From positions 239 through 64,238 of the IMG/VR virus record IMGVR_UViG_3300032018_000005: a DNA stretch of 64,000 nucleotides. One strand, 5' to 3'. The translations under genes and the position numbers were made by a program. The notes beneath the pieces were generated by a model, which made no database searches, had not been told where the DNA came from, and saw only the letters and a program-made list of their open reading frames with translations. Positions 50,063 through 58,616 of this stretch are shown piece by piece. This DNA is from a virus (taxonomy: Duplodnaviria; Caudoviricetes). How positions within the stretch are numbered: the stretch's first letter is position 1; the number at the start of each line of letters is the position of its first letter.

Positions 50063-50950
50063 ATGAAAGCAATTATAACTGTAGGTATTTCAGCATCTGG
50101 TAAATCAATGTTTGCCAATGAATTTCTATCAAAAGACCTTCTTGGTAGAGGAGAAGTAAACCGTGATAATATCCGCAAATATCTTATGGAGAAAGATGGT
50201 AACACTTTCTCGTGGGATAAGTGGAACTGGAAACGCGAAAAAGAAGTCACTATCATAGTGGATGCTGCAATTGAATCACATGCCATGTTGAAGAATGATA
50301 TTATTATTTCTGATACAAATTTGAATGGTGGTCGTCGGGATGCGCTTGAATTGAAACTAAAACAACTTGGATACCATGTAGAAATAATGCCCTTTCCAGT
50401 TTCTCTCGAAGAAGCATGGAAGCGAGATTCTAAACGAGCAAATGGTGTCGGTCATTCAGTGATAGCAAAGCAATATCAGGAATGGTTGAAGTATATAGAG
50501 AGAAAAACTTATATCCCTAATACAACTAAACCAAATTGTATTGTCGTAGATATTGATGGTACTCTTGCACATATGAATGGTGGTCGTGGCGCATTTGAGT
50601 GGTCAAAAGTAGGACAAGATACTGTCGATGAATCAGTTAAACAAATAATCGAAGCAATGTATACCACGTTTAAGTGTAAAATTGTACTTCTTTCAGGACG
50701 TGATGCTTGTTGTATGTCAGAAACATGCTCCTGGCTGTCGGATAATGGTGTATATTTCCATGAACTTCATATGCGGCAAGAAGGAGACATGAGAAAAGAT
50801 ACAATCGTAAAAGAAGAAATATTTTGGGAAAAAGTTGCCCCTTTCTTTAATGTTATATTTGCAATTGATGATCGTCCATCTGTTGCTAGGCTTTGGAGAG
50901 AACTTGGACTGAAAGTGTTCCAAGTAGGAGATCCACATATCGAATTTTGA
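50063..50950 (+). CDS. pseT: Polynucleotide 5'-kinase / 3'-phosphatase
   Basis: GISASGKS, NRDNIR, SDTNLN; DIDGTLA, SGR, DDR. Confidence 0.93.
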   Translation: MKAIITVGISASGKSMFANEFLSKDLLGRGEVNRDNIRKYLMEKDGNTFSWDKWNWKREKEVTIIVDAAIESHAMLKNDIIISDTNLNGGRRDALELKLKQLGYHVEIMPFPVSLEEAWKRDSKRANGVGHSVIAKQYQEWLKYIERKTYIPNTTKPNCIVVDIDGTLAHMNGGRGAFEWSKVGQDTVDESVKQIIEAMYTTFKCKIVLLSGRDACCMSETCSWLSDNGVYFHELHMRQEGDMRKDTIVKEEIFWEKVAPFFNVIFAIDDRPSVARLWRELGLKVFQVGDPHIEF

Positions 50951-50963
50951 TGGAGTCAACATA

Positions 50964-52064
50964 ATGGCTAAACATATGAAATATATACCAATGTCGAAAT
51001 TACGAAAAGACCGAACCGGAATGAACCGCATGACAACCAAATTCGACACATCTGCTGGGGATTATATTATGAACAACAACAATGACATTTTAATGGGTGC
51101 GAATGATTATAGGGATATGTTCTTAGCAACATTCATCAAAACTCGTTTGGAAATACAGAAATCAACCATTACAGAAAAAGTTATAGTTAGAGGAAATTCT
51201 AAGAAGGCACTCGAATTCATCAAAAATAATTATTTGGGGTATAGAACTTTCAGTTCAGGTACCGATAATATGTTAATCGATATGAGTGATGCACTCATTG
51301 AAATTGATTCTTCTCATAATACAATAAATTTTCGTTTTCATTCCACATTTGAGATAAATGCTAAACTGAAGGAAAAGGTTTTATCGTCATTCGAAGAAAT
51401 TAGAGTATCTATTCGTTGGATTTATGATGGGGATGGTAATTATATTAATATACCATTGGATTCTGCGCTATCTCCAATTGATGAAATGTACCCATTTTTG
51501 AATGGAGATACATTAGATTCTTATTATCAGCGTTATCTTGATTCATCTGCATCCATTATTATATTGATTGGGCCACCAGGTACAGGAAAAACAAGCTTTA
51601 TTCGTGGATTCTTGGCCAGTACACAATCCTCTGCTATTGTTACATATGATGCTAAAATCCTAAACGGAGATTCTCTATTCAGCGATTTTATTGATTCGGA
51701 CATATCCACTTTAGTTATAGAAGATGCTGACTTATTCCTCGGTTCAAGAACATCTGGTAATGATATGATGTCGCGTTTCTTGAATATTGGGGATGGTTTA
51801 GTTACAGTGAAAGGAAAGAAAATCATTTTTTCAACAAATCTACCAACAATTAACGATATAGACCCTGCCCTATTGCGCCCAGGTAGATGTTTTGATGTTG
51901 TTAAATTCGATGAATTGAAATATGAGCATGCATATGCTCTTGTCGATAAATTAGGAATTGATGTTACTTTGGATGAAAATAAATCATATACAATTGGTGA
52001 AATTTTCTCTGGTACTAGAAATTCTGATGTAAAGAAACATAAAAATGGATTCGGTTTCTGTTGA
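50964..52064 (+). CDS. AAA+ ATPase (start may be downstream)
   Basis: GPPGTGKT, IEDAD, STN, ALLRPGR. Confidence 0.88.
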   Translation: MAKHMKYIPMSKLRKDRTGMNRMTTKFDTSAGDYIMNNNNDILMGANDYRDMFLATFIKTRLEIQKSTITEKVIVRGNSKKALEFIKNNYLGYRTFSSGTDNMLIDMSDALIEIDSSHNTINFRFHSTFEINAKLKEKVLSSFEEIRVSIRWIYDGDGNYINIPLDSALSPIDEMYPFLNGDTLDSYYQRYLDSSASIIILIGPPGTGKTSFIRGFLASTQSSAIVTYDAKILNGDSLFSDFIDSDISTLVIEDADLFLGSRTSGNDMMSRFLNIGDGLVTVKGKKIIFSTNLPTINDIDPALLRPGRCFDVVKFDELKYEHAYALVDKLGIDVTLDENKSYTIGEIFSGTRNSDVKKHKNGFGFC

Positions 52065-52122
52065 CATTTAATTATTGCTCTGTATAATTCAAATCATTGA
52101 ACAACAACTGAGGAGCAACTAA

Positions 52123-53340
52123 ATGAAAACTTTTAAAGGCTTTAATCGAAATCTCTCTTGTAGGGATTTTCAATTCAATATCGGCGAGACATTCACTCAT
52201 ACAGGAAATGTAGAAGCTTGCGCTTCTGGGTTTCATGCTTGCGAAAATCCTCTCGATATATTTACATATTATCCCCCTGCTAATTCGCGCTTCTGTTTGA
52301 CTGAATCTAGTGGCGATATTGAAACGCACAAAGATGATTCGAAAATCGCATCATCGATATTGGATATTGTTAAAGAATTATCATTGGCCGAATTGTGTAA
52401 TTATGGTGCAGAGTATATCCTGAATAATGTAATTGATACAGAAACTAATACCGGTTACCGATCTGCTGCTACTAATACAGGTCTCCGATCTGCTGCTACT
52501 AATACCGGGGATTATTCTGTTGCTACTAATACAGGGAATAATTCTGCTGCTACTAATACAGGTTATCAATCTGTTGCTACTAATACCGGTAGCCGATCTG
52601 CTGCTACTAATACAGGTTATCAATCTGTTGCTACTAATACAGGGTATTATTCTGCTGCTACTAATACCGGGAATTATTCTGCTGCTACTAATACCGGAGA
52701 TCATTCTGCTGCTACTAATACCGGTGGCCGATCTGCTGCTACTAATACCGGGAATAATTCGGCTGCTACTAATACAGGGTATTATTCTGCTGCTACTAAT
52801 ACCGGGGATAATTCTGCTGCTACTAATACCGGGGATAATTCTGCTGCTACTAATACAGGTAGCCGATCTGCTGCTACTAATACAGGGTATTTTTCTGCTG
52901 CTACTAATACCGGTATCCGATCTGCTGCTACTAATACAGGGGAGTATTCTGCTGCTACTAATACAGGGTATTTTTCTGCTGCTACTAATACAGGGGAGTA
53001 TTCTGCTGCTACTAATACAGGTCTCCGATCTGCTGCTACTAATACCGGGGCTTATTCTGCTGCTGCTAATACCGGGAATAAATCGGCTGCTACTAATACC
53101 GGGGCTTATTCTGTTGCTGCTAATACCGGGGATTATTCTGCTGCATCAGTAAAAGGTAAACATTCTGTAGCTATTGCTACTGGTAAGAATGGCAAAGCTA
53201 AAGCTGCTTTAGGTAGCGCAATAGTGCTTTGTTTCTATCAGGGAGATAATGTTATAGTTAAATCGGCAACGGCTGGTGTTGATATATGTGCTGATGTTTG
53301 GTATACACTCAATGATGCAGGCGATATAATCGAAGCGTAA
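52123..53340 (+). CDS. Repeat protein copy 2: same N-domain plus 26 x 9-aa SAATNTGxx repeats
   Basis: 27-bp repeats at 52447-53136; own early promoter at 52061-52088 and GAGGAG RBS. Confidence 0.88.
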   Translation: MKTFKGFNRNLSCRDFQFNIGETFTHTGNVEACASGFHACENPLDIFTYYPPANSRFCLTESSGDIETHKDDSKIASSILDIVKELSLAELCNYGAEYILNNVIDTETNTGYRSAATNTGLRSAATNTGDYSVATNTGNNSAATNTGYQSVATNTGSRSAATNTGYQSVATNTGYYSAATNTGNYSAATNTGDHSAATNTGGRSAATNTGNNSAATNTGYYSAATNTGDNSAATNTGDNSAATNTGSRSAATNTGYFSAATNTGIRSAATNTGEYSAATNTGYFSAATNTGEYSAATNTGLRSAATNTGAYSAAANTGNKSAATNTGAYSVAANTGDYSAASVKGKHSVAIATGKNGKAKAALGSAIVLCFYQGDNVIVKSATAGVDICADVWYTLNDAGDIIEA

Positions 53341-53367
53341 TACATATTCTTTTACTGTGGGAATAAC

Positions 53368-53937
53368 ATGACTAAAATCCATAGCATTATATATCTACCA
53401 AAAATAGGATTTGTTGCTAAATCATTGATAATGAAAATATGTCTAATACCATTGATAATTTCGTTGTTTTTTGTTGGTATTAAATCTATAAATATCCAAT
53501 CAGTGCCAGATACAGAAAGCAAAGAAGATAAAATTATTGATTATATTTTTTCTGTTAATAAAAATATCGATCTTGGTACTGCCAAATCATTGACCGATTC
53601 TATAATTAACGAGAGCATTAATAAGGAAATACCAGTGGAACTTATTCTTGGAGTTATCACGGTAGAAAGCAGATTTAAACAATATGCAATGAGTGGTTCG
53701 GGTGCCATGGGATTTATGCAAGTTATTCCAAAATGGCACATGGATAAGTTAGCCAAACAGAACAATAAAAATATATATGACCCTGTTACAAATATTTCTA
53801 TAGGGTCTCAGATTTTATTTGATTGCATAAAGAACAATAAATCCTTAAATAAAGCACTTGGATGTTTTAATGGTAGCAAAAATGACCAACATGATAAGTA
53901 CGCTAAATTAGTTCTAAATTCGGTACCGACAATTTGA
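53368..53937 (+). CDS. Membrane-anchored SLT lytic transglycosylase
   Basis: VESRF...S.SGAMGFMQV...NI..G; N-terminal TM segment. Confidence 0.88.
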   Translation: MTKIHSIIYLPKIGFVAKSLIMKICLIPLIISLFFVGIKSINIQSVPDTESKEDKIIDYIFSVNKNIDLGTAKSLTDSIINESINKEIPVELILGVITVESRFKQYAMSGSGAMGFMQVIPKWHMDKLAKQNNKNIYDPVTNISIGSQILFDCIKNNKSLNKALGCFNGSKNDQHDKYAKLVLNSVPTI

Positions 53938-53976
53938 CATTAAATATGTGGTTTTTGTTATGATAAGGAATTATAA

Positions 53977-54543
53977 ATGGTATATGAAATAAGTAAAGAA
54001 TTTTCATTTTGTTATGGGCATCGGGTATATTCGCAAAAACTAAATGAAGAATATTGTGCTAAGGGAGATACTTTATGTAAATGTAGACATCTCCACGGTC
54101 ATGAGGGACTAGTGAGAGTTCATATTGAATCTAATAACGTAGATTCTCGTGGGATGATAGTAGACTTCAAAGAGTTGGGTTGGTTAAAAGATTTCATTGA
54201 TACAGTAATCGACCATAAATTTATTATAGATAAAAATGACCCAATGTTTACTTCATTGGTCGAGAATATCCATAACGCCCCAACTTGTCTTGAAGTCGTA
54301 TGGGTTGATGATACTAAAACCATGAAGGTTGGGGAAAAAGTTGTTTTGGATAACATTCAAAATAATACCCCTGAATATGAAGTATTAGAAGGATATTTTA
54401 TAGTAGACTTCGTACCAACCAGCGAAAATCTTGTTAAATGGATGTATAAAATAGTAGAACATAAAATGGAGAAAATAGGAGCAAAAGTGTCATTTGTAGA
54501 ATGGCACGAAACTCCTAAGACATGTGCTAGGTATGCCGAATGA
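53977..54543 (+). CDS. queD: 6-carboxytetrahydropterin synthase QueD
   Basis: GHR, CRHLHGH, VDF, DH, PTSEN, ETP. Confidence 0.9.
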   Translation: MVYEISKEFSFCYGHRVYSQKLNEEYCAKGDTLCKCRHLHGHEGLVRVHIESNNVDSRGMIVDFKELGWLKDFIDTVIDHKFIIDKNDPMFTSLVENIHNAPTCLEVVWVDDTKTMKVGEKVVLDNIQNNTPEYEVLEGYFIVDFVPTSENLVKWMYKIVEHKMEKIGAKVSFVEWHETPKTCARYAE

Positions 54544-54728
54544 AACCATCGGATTTTATATTGTCTGTCATGTTTGGAATATTCCATATTATAATCTATA
54601 GTTTTATTTGGAATAAAGTAGTCGGTGTACCAGGAACATTTACCGATTGGTTTTGTTTTGTAATTATCTGGTTTACCACAAACGAGATACATTATTTTGT
54701 TGTTAATGATTTTTTAAAATGGGAGTAG
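54540..54728 (+). CDS. Small membrane protein
   Basis: Two hydrophobic helices. Confidence 0.55.
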   Translation: MKPSDFILSVMFGIFHIIIYSFIWNKVVGVPGTFTDWFCFVIIWFTTNEIHYFVVNDFLKWE

Positions 54729-54730
54729 AT

Positions 54731-54955
54731 ATGGTAGCCAGAGCAAGAAAGACATCAGAAACATTTCAAGAATATCGTAATAGTTTAGTTTCTGAAGAAA
54801 GAAATACAAAAGAATCACTTCGTTCTAAGGTTATCTGGGAGACCAGCAGAACAGTTAAAAATAAACCATATAGTGTAAAAACGCATCAATTCCCGATTGG
54901 TTATACTATCGTTACTGGTTCACAGAAACGAGCATCTAAGAGGACAACAGTATGA
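54731..54955 (+). CDS. Hypothetical basic protein
   Basis: GGAG RBS. Confidence 0.55.
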   Translation: MVARARKTSETFQEYRNSLVSEERNTKESLRSKVIWETSRTVKNKPYSVKTHQFPIGYTIVTGSQKRASKRTTV

Positions 54956-55224
54956 GTGAAATTAAAGTAATCAAGCTTATCACATCAGAAGAAATTCTAG
55001 GCGAATTTGTATCATCAAATATTGATACTATTACTGTTAATCGCCCGAGAGTTATCCAAGTCATGAATACTCAAGGTGCCGCAGGTCTGATGCCTTATTT
55101 GGTGAGCGATCCGGATATTAAAAATGTCTCTTTTCCTCGTGCTCACATCATTACATCATTTGATGCATCTAAAGAATTAACTGATGCATATTTGAGAGCA
55201 ACTACTGGATTGCTTCTTGGATAA
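54952..55224 (+). CDS. Sm-like hypothetical protein
   Basis: IKLITSEEILG...Y...TTG. Confidence 0.7.
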   Translation: MSEIKVIKLITSEEILGEFVSSNIDTITVNRPRVIQVMNTQGAAGLMPYLVSDPDIKNVSFPRAHIITSFDASKELTDAYLRATTGLLLG

Positions 55225-55442
55225 AATATATTTCCATAACCACAACATTTCTGGATTTTTGTCAATAAATAGAACATGAACAACAGAAAGATTAAAATGC
55301 AACTCTCGTTTAGAACACAATTAAATAGTATTGAATGGTATATGGATGAGACTCCGACCATATCCTCTATTGTGTGTTTGTTCTGTAAAGAGTATAATGA
55401 GGTATGTATTGGTTAAGTAGGGCTTAAACGTAATAGATTTCT

Positions 55443-55472
55443 AAGCCCTAGTCGAAAGATTTAGGGTTTTTT
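55443..55472 (+). terminator. Intrinsic terminator
   Basis: aagccctagtc-gaaa-gatttagggttt followed by a T-run. Confidence 0.7.
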
Positions 55473-55481
55473 GTTTTACAC

Positions 55482-55509
55482 TTGACATTAAATGTAATTG
55501 CTGTAGAAT
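55482..55509 (+). promoter_or_regulatory. Promoter of the tRNA array
   Basis: TTGACA-N16-TAGAAT. Confidence 0.65.
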
Positions 55510-55735
55510 AGATTGTGTAGTGAAGAGGGAAGCAACGGCAGCATATCAAACCTCTATAATATCGAATACTGTCGGAGCTGCGGAATGGATGACCTAATGC
55601 GGTCTGATAGATGCAGATAATTATTAAGTTGCTTTGATCTCCAACGGAATAACCCACCGGAGTCAAGTAAAGGCAACTTAATAATACATCTTCGAAGAGG
55701 ATGTTAATCAAGATTAACATAAAGTGTATTTAGAA

Positions 55736-55807
55736 GAACATTTGGCCGAATGGTAAGGCAATCGTCTGCAAAACGATTATTCATGGGTTCGATTCCCATA
55801 GTGTTCT
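55736..55807 (+). tRNA. tRNA-Cys(GCA), CCA not encoded (CCT)
   Basis: Cloverleaf; atcgt-ctGCAaa-acgat. Confidence 0.85.
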
Positions 55808-55829
55808 CCTAAGTGTATTTAAAAGATAT

Positions 55830-55916
55830 GGATGTCGACCGGCATTGGCGACTGGAGAGGGCTGTAACCCCTTTGCTCTTAGGAGCAGCTTGGTTCGAAT
55901 CCAAGGACATCCACCA
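55830..55916 (+). tRNA. tRNA-Tyr(GTA)
   Basis: gaggg-ctGTAac-ccctt, long variable arm, CCA. Confidence 0.85.
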
Positions 55917-55959
55917 AATTACGTAGTATGGTAAAGTGACGTTATATACATATATCAAC

Positions 55960-56035
55960 GCCTGTGTAACTCAGTGGTAGAGTGCCAACCTTGTAAGTTG
56001 GAAGTCGAGTGTTCACTCCATCTCCACCGGCACCA
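55960..56035 (+). tRNA. tRNA-Thr(TGT), irregular T arm
   Basis: ccaac-ctTGTaa-gttgg, CCA. Confidence 0.75.
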
Positions 56036-56042
56036 AATTCAC

Positions 56043-56116
56043 ATCGCATTAGAATATGGGTAATTCAATGGAACTTCACTCCATAGAAACGAGTCCGAGT
56101 CTCGTATGCGATACCA
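56043..56116 (+). tRNA. Atypical tRNA-Glu(TTC) with A32/C33
   Basis: Perfect acceptor atcgcat/atgcgat; atgga-acTTCac-tccat; CCA. Confidence 0.65.
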
Positions 56117-56137
56117 ATTTAAAGTAGTATTCAATGT

Positions 56138-56210
56138 CAGTTTGTGGTGCAATCTGGTAGCATGGCGGATCTGGAATCCGGCGATCTTGGTTCAAATCCA
56201 AGCAGACTGA
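56138..56210 (+). tRNA. Atypical tRNA-Pro(TGG) with C33, no CCA
   Basis: C1-G72, A73; cgga-tcTGGaa-tccg; TTCAAAT T loop. Confidence 0.65.
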
Positions 56211-56234
56211 CATTGAGTATTACTAAGTTTCTGA

Positions 56235-56307
56235 TGCGGCTTTCAATGGTGGACTCCGGGCTCATAACCCGTGATGGGAGTGGGATCGTTACCCACGGCC
56301 GCTACCA
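56235..56307 (+). tRNA. tRNA-fMet-like (CAT), reduced D arm
   Basis: GGG/CCC anticodon stem, 1:72 mismatch, CCA. Confidence 0.65.
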
Positions 56308-56334
56308 AATTTACGCCAGTTATATAATGGCTAT

Positions 56335-56410
56335 GCCTCTGGTGGGCGAGGGACGCCCAGCGCACTTCTAATGCGCCATACTACTGGTTCGAATCCAGTC
56401 GGGGGCACCA
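56335..56410 (+). tRNA. tRNA-Arg(TCT)
   Basis: gcgca-ctTCTaa-tgcgc, CCA. Confidence 0.85.
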
Positions 56411-56437
56411 AACTATAAATAATCTTTTAGAGATAAC

Positions 56438-56605
56438 ATGACAACACTCAAAGAATTAACAAGAAATATAAGTAATGTAAGAACACAACATCATTATGTT
56501 CAAGATAAGAAAACATTGAAATGGTATAATCCATCTGAACAATTCAATTTTTTGCTACAAAAGCCAGAAGTGGCTGCGGTAATGAATCGTATCAAAAACA
56601 GATAA
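56438..56605 (+). CDS. 55-aa hypothetical protein inside the tRNA array
   Basis: Preceded by TATAAATA at 56414-56421. Confidence 0.5.
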   Translation: MTTLKELTRNISNVRTQHHYVQDKKTLKWYNPSEQFNFLLQKPEVAAVMNRIKNR

Positions 56606-56807
56606 TGTACCTCCAGAGGTACACCATGAACAGCCATCTAATCAATGGATAGTAGGAGAGACTCCACTCCTATGATTGTAAGTGATGTGATAATCACAAA
56701 AATCGGGTCTATGTGCTATCCAGTTAGCATGAATGTAAGCAAACACAGATGACGTTAGGGAGCATTTCTTAGCGGATGATATCTGATATGCATCTGGAAG
56801 ATTTTAG

Positions 56808-56882
56808 GCGGCTGTGGTATATTGGGTGTGCGCTAGCCTTCCAAGCTAGTTTAAGGGAGTTCGATCCTCCCCGGCCGCACCA
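56808..56882 (+). tRNA. tRNA-Gly(TCC)
   Basis: ctagc-ctTCCaa-gctag, CCA. Confidence 0.85.
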
Positions 56883-56929
56883 GTTTTTATGTGGAAAGCC
56901 CCGTGAGGCATAACACATAAATTAACAAC

Positions 56930-57026
56930 GGAAGAATGGCAGAGTCTGGCTTATTGCACTAGTCTTGAAAACTAGCAGACCAATTAACCGTTGGTTTCGT
57001 GGGTTCGAATCCCACTTCTTCTTCCA
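56930..57026 (+). tRNA. tRNA-Ser(TGA)
   Basis: ctagt-ctTGAaa-actag, long variable arm, CCA. Confidence 0.88.
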
Positions 57027-57035
57027 AATTACAAT

Positions 57036-57109
57036 ACCAGCTAAGTGTTATGGCAGCACAGGGCACTCCAAACGCCTTGGTGGGGGTTCGATTCCCTCAG
57101 TTGGTACCA
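57036..57109 (+). tRNA. tRNA-Trp(CCA)
   Basis: ctCCAaa loop, imperfect anticodon stem, CCA end. Confidence 0.75.
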
Positions 57110-57115
57110 AAATAT

Positions 57116-57160
57116 GCCCCGATGATGGAATGGTATACATGCCAGTTTTAGAAACTGGAT
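57116..57160 (+). pseudogene. 5' half of tRNA-Leu(TAG)
   Basis: D arm and ccagt-ttTAGaa-actgg present, T arm and 3' acceptor strand missing. Confidence 0.7.
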
Positions 57161-57162
57161 TT

Positions 57163-57246
57163 CCGGCGGTGGGGGAATTGGTAGACCCAGCGGACTTAAA
57201 ATCCGCCGCTTATTGCGTATGGGTTCGAGCCCCATTCGCCGGACCA
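57163..57246 (+). tRNA. tRNA-Leu(TAA)
   Basis: gcgga-ctTAAaa-tccgc, CCA. Confidence 0.88.
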
Positions 57247-57272
57247 GATAATGTAAGTGTACTTCGGTGTTC

Positions 57273-57347
57273 AGTTGTGTAGCTCAGATGAAGAGCAATC
57301 GGTCGAAGACTGATAGACGAGATTTTCGAAAATCTCCACGACGACCA
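57273..57347 (+). tRNA. Atypical tRNA-Phe(GAA) with C33
   Basis: atcgg-tcGAAga-ctgat, CCA. Confidence 0.65.
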
Positions 57348-57355
57348 AACAATAC

Positions 57356-57432
57356 GGGTCGTTAGCTCAGTTGGTTAGAGCAGGAAACTCATAATTTCTT
57401 GGTCAGGGGTTCGAGTCCCTTACGACCCACCA
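57356..57432 (+). tRNA. tRNA(CAT), probably Ile2
   Basis: Canonical cloverleaf; ctCATaa; Ile2-like D arm; CCA. Confidence 0.85.
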
Positions 57433-57552
57433 AAATTCACAGGCACACTAATAATCTTTTCAGATCAAATGGTGCAAAAGATATCCTGAATTGACAGGTG
57501 AGAAATATAGACGTATATTTGTACTGTGTTCTAATTAACATGAGGAGGAAAT

Positions 57553-57828
57553 ATGAGATATTGGATGTATCAAATCGACAATAAAAATAAAGGCGATTCC
57601 GGTGGTATGTCTCTTGCAATCACCGTTGCAGCAGATGGCACCCAAACTGTTGAAGATGATGCTACACCAAAAGTTGGGGTATATATGAGAGTTGGGTCAC
57701 TATATGCTAGATCATTTCAATCACAAGATTGGTGGCAAACCAACATAATCACAGAGATTATCGAAGACACTACCAATTATGTAAAGTTCAAAACTGCTAG
57801 CGGATCAATATATGAATGGAAATGCTGA
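57553..57828 (+). CDS. Hypothetical protein
   Basis: GAGGAGG RBS. Confidence 0.7.
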   Translation: MRYWMYQIDNKNKGDSGGMSLAITVAADGTQTVEDDATPKVGVYMRVGSLYARSFQSQDWWQTNIITEIIEDTTNYVKFKTASGSIYEWKC

Positions 57829-57866
57829 TAAATATTCTTGTTCTCATAACAACCAAAGGATAACTA

Positions 57867-58616
57867 ATGGCAACTCGTAAGGTCATAGAAAAGAATTCAA
57901 CTGAGCAACAAAATAGGATGACTAAGCCAACAGAAAGTCTAAAATTAAAATTAGATAATCTAAAAACATTTGACCCATTGACAGAGAACCAAAGAAAGTT
58001 TTTTGAAGCATATAAGTTAGGTGATTATTTTATTGCATTACATGGTGTGGCTGGTACTGGTAAAAGCTTCTGTGCATTATACAAAGCACTTGAAGAGGTA
58101 ATGGACAGAGGAAATCCTTTCAATAAAGTAATAGTAGTAAGATCAGCAGTCCAGTCAAGAGATATGGGACACATGCCAGGTGACGTTGACGAAAAAATGA
58201 GCTTATATGAACTTCCGTATGTTCAAATATGCGACACATTATTTGGACGCAAGGATGCTTGGCAAAGACTGAAAGAACAACATATGGTAGAATTTGTTTC
58301 AACCTCTTTCATTCGCGGATTATCATTCGACAATGCTATTATCGTAGTGGATGAGTATCAGAACTTGACATACGCAGAATTATCCACGGTCATGACGAGA
58401 GTAGGATATATGTCTAAAATTATGTTCTGTGGTGATTACAGACAAACAGATTTAGATAAAAAGAAAAACGATTTATCAGGTATCAGACAATTTATGCATG
58501 TGGCTGATAGAATGCAATCATTCACAAGGATAGAATTTGGAGTGGAAGACATTGTTCGCAGTAGCCTCGTAAAAGATTTTATCTTAGCGGAAATCGAATA
58601 TAACGATTCAATTTAA
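57867..58616 (+). CDS. phoH: PhoH-family ATPase
   Basis: GVAGTGKS, FIRGLSF, VDEYQN, GDYRQTD, DIVRS. Confidence 0.95.
   Translation: MATRKVIEKNSTEQQNRMTKPTESLKLKLDNLKTFDPLTENQRKFFEAYKLGDYFIALHGVAGTGKSFCALYKALEEVMDRGNPFNKVIVVRSAVQSRDMGHMPGDVDEKMSLYELPYVQICDTLFGRKDAWQRLKEQHMVEFVSTSFIRGLSFDNAIIVVDEYQNLTYAELSTVMTRVGYMSKIMFCGDYRQTDLDKKKNDLSGIRQFMHVADRMQSFTRIEFGVEDIVRSSLVKDFILAEIEYNDSI

Noticed and set aside
3160-51826. Numerous minus-strand ORFs inside core genes
   Set aside because: Antisense shadows of well-supported plus-strand genes with no motifs
52447-53136. 27-bp periodic repeats as a CRISPR array (also 25378-25797)
   Set aside because: Variable part is only 6-7 nt, the period is a multiple of three inside an ORF, and no cas genes are present
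52433-53152. Leu/Ile-rich ORF in the +1 frame (also 25451-25822) and Ser-rich antisense ORFs
   Set aside because: Frame-shifted shadows of the coding repeat with no RBS
56043-56116. Opal suppressor (TCA anticodon) reading and genetic code reassignment
   Set aside because: Stem register centres TTC; TGA, TAG and TAA all terminate conserved genes at the expected lengths
56144-57282. ORFs 56144-56371, 56965-57282 and 57041-57235
   Set aside because: They overlap tRNA genes
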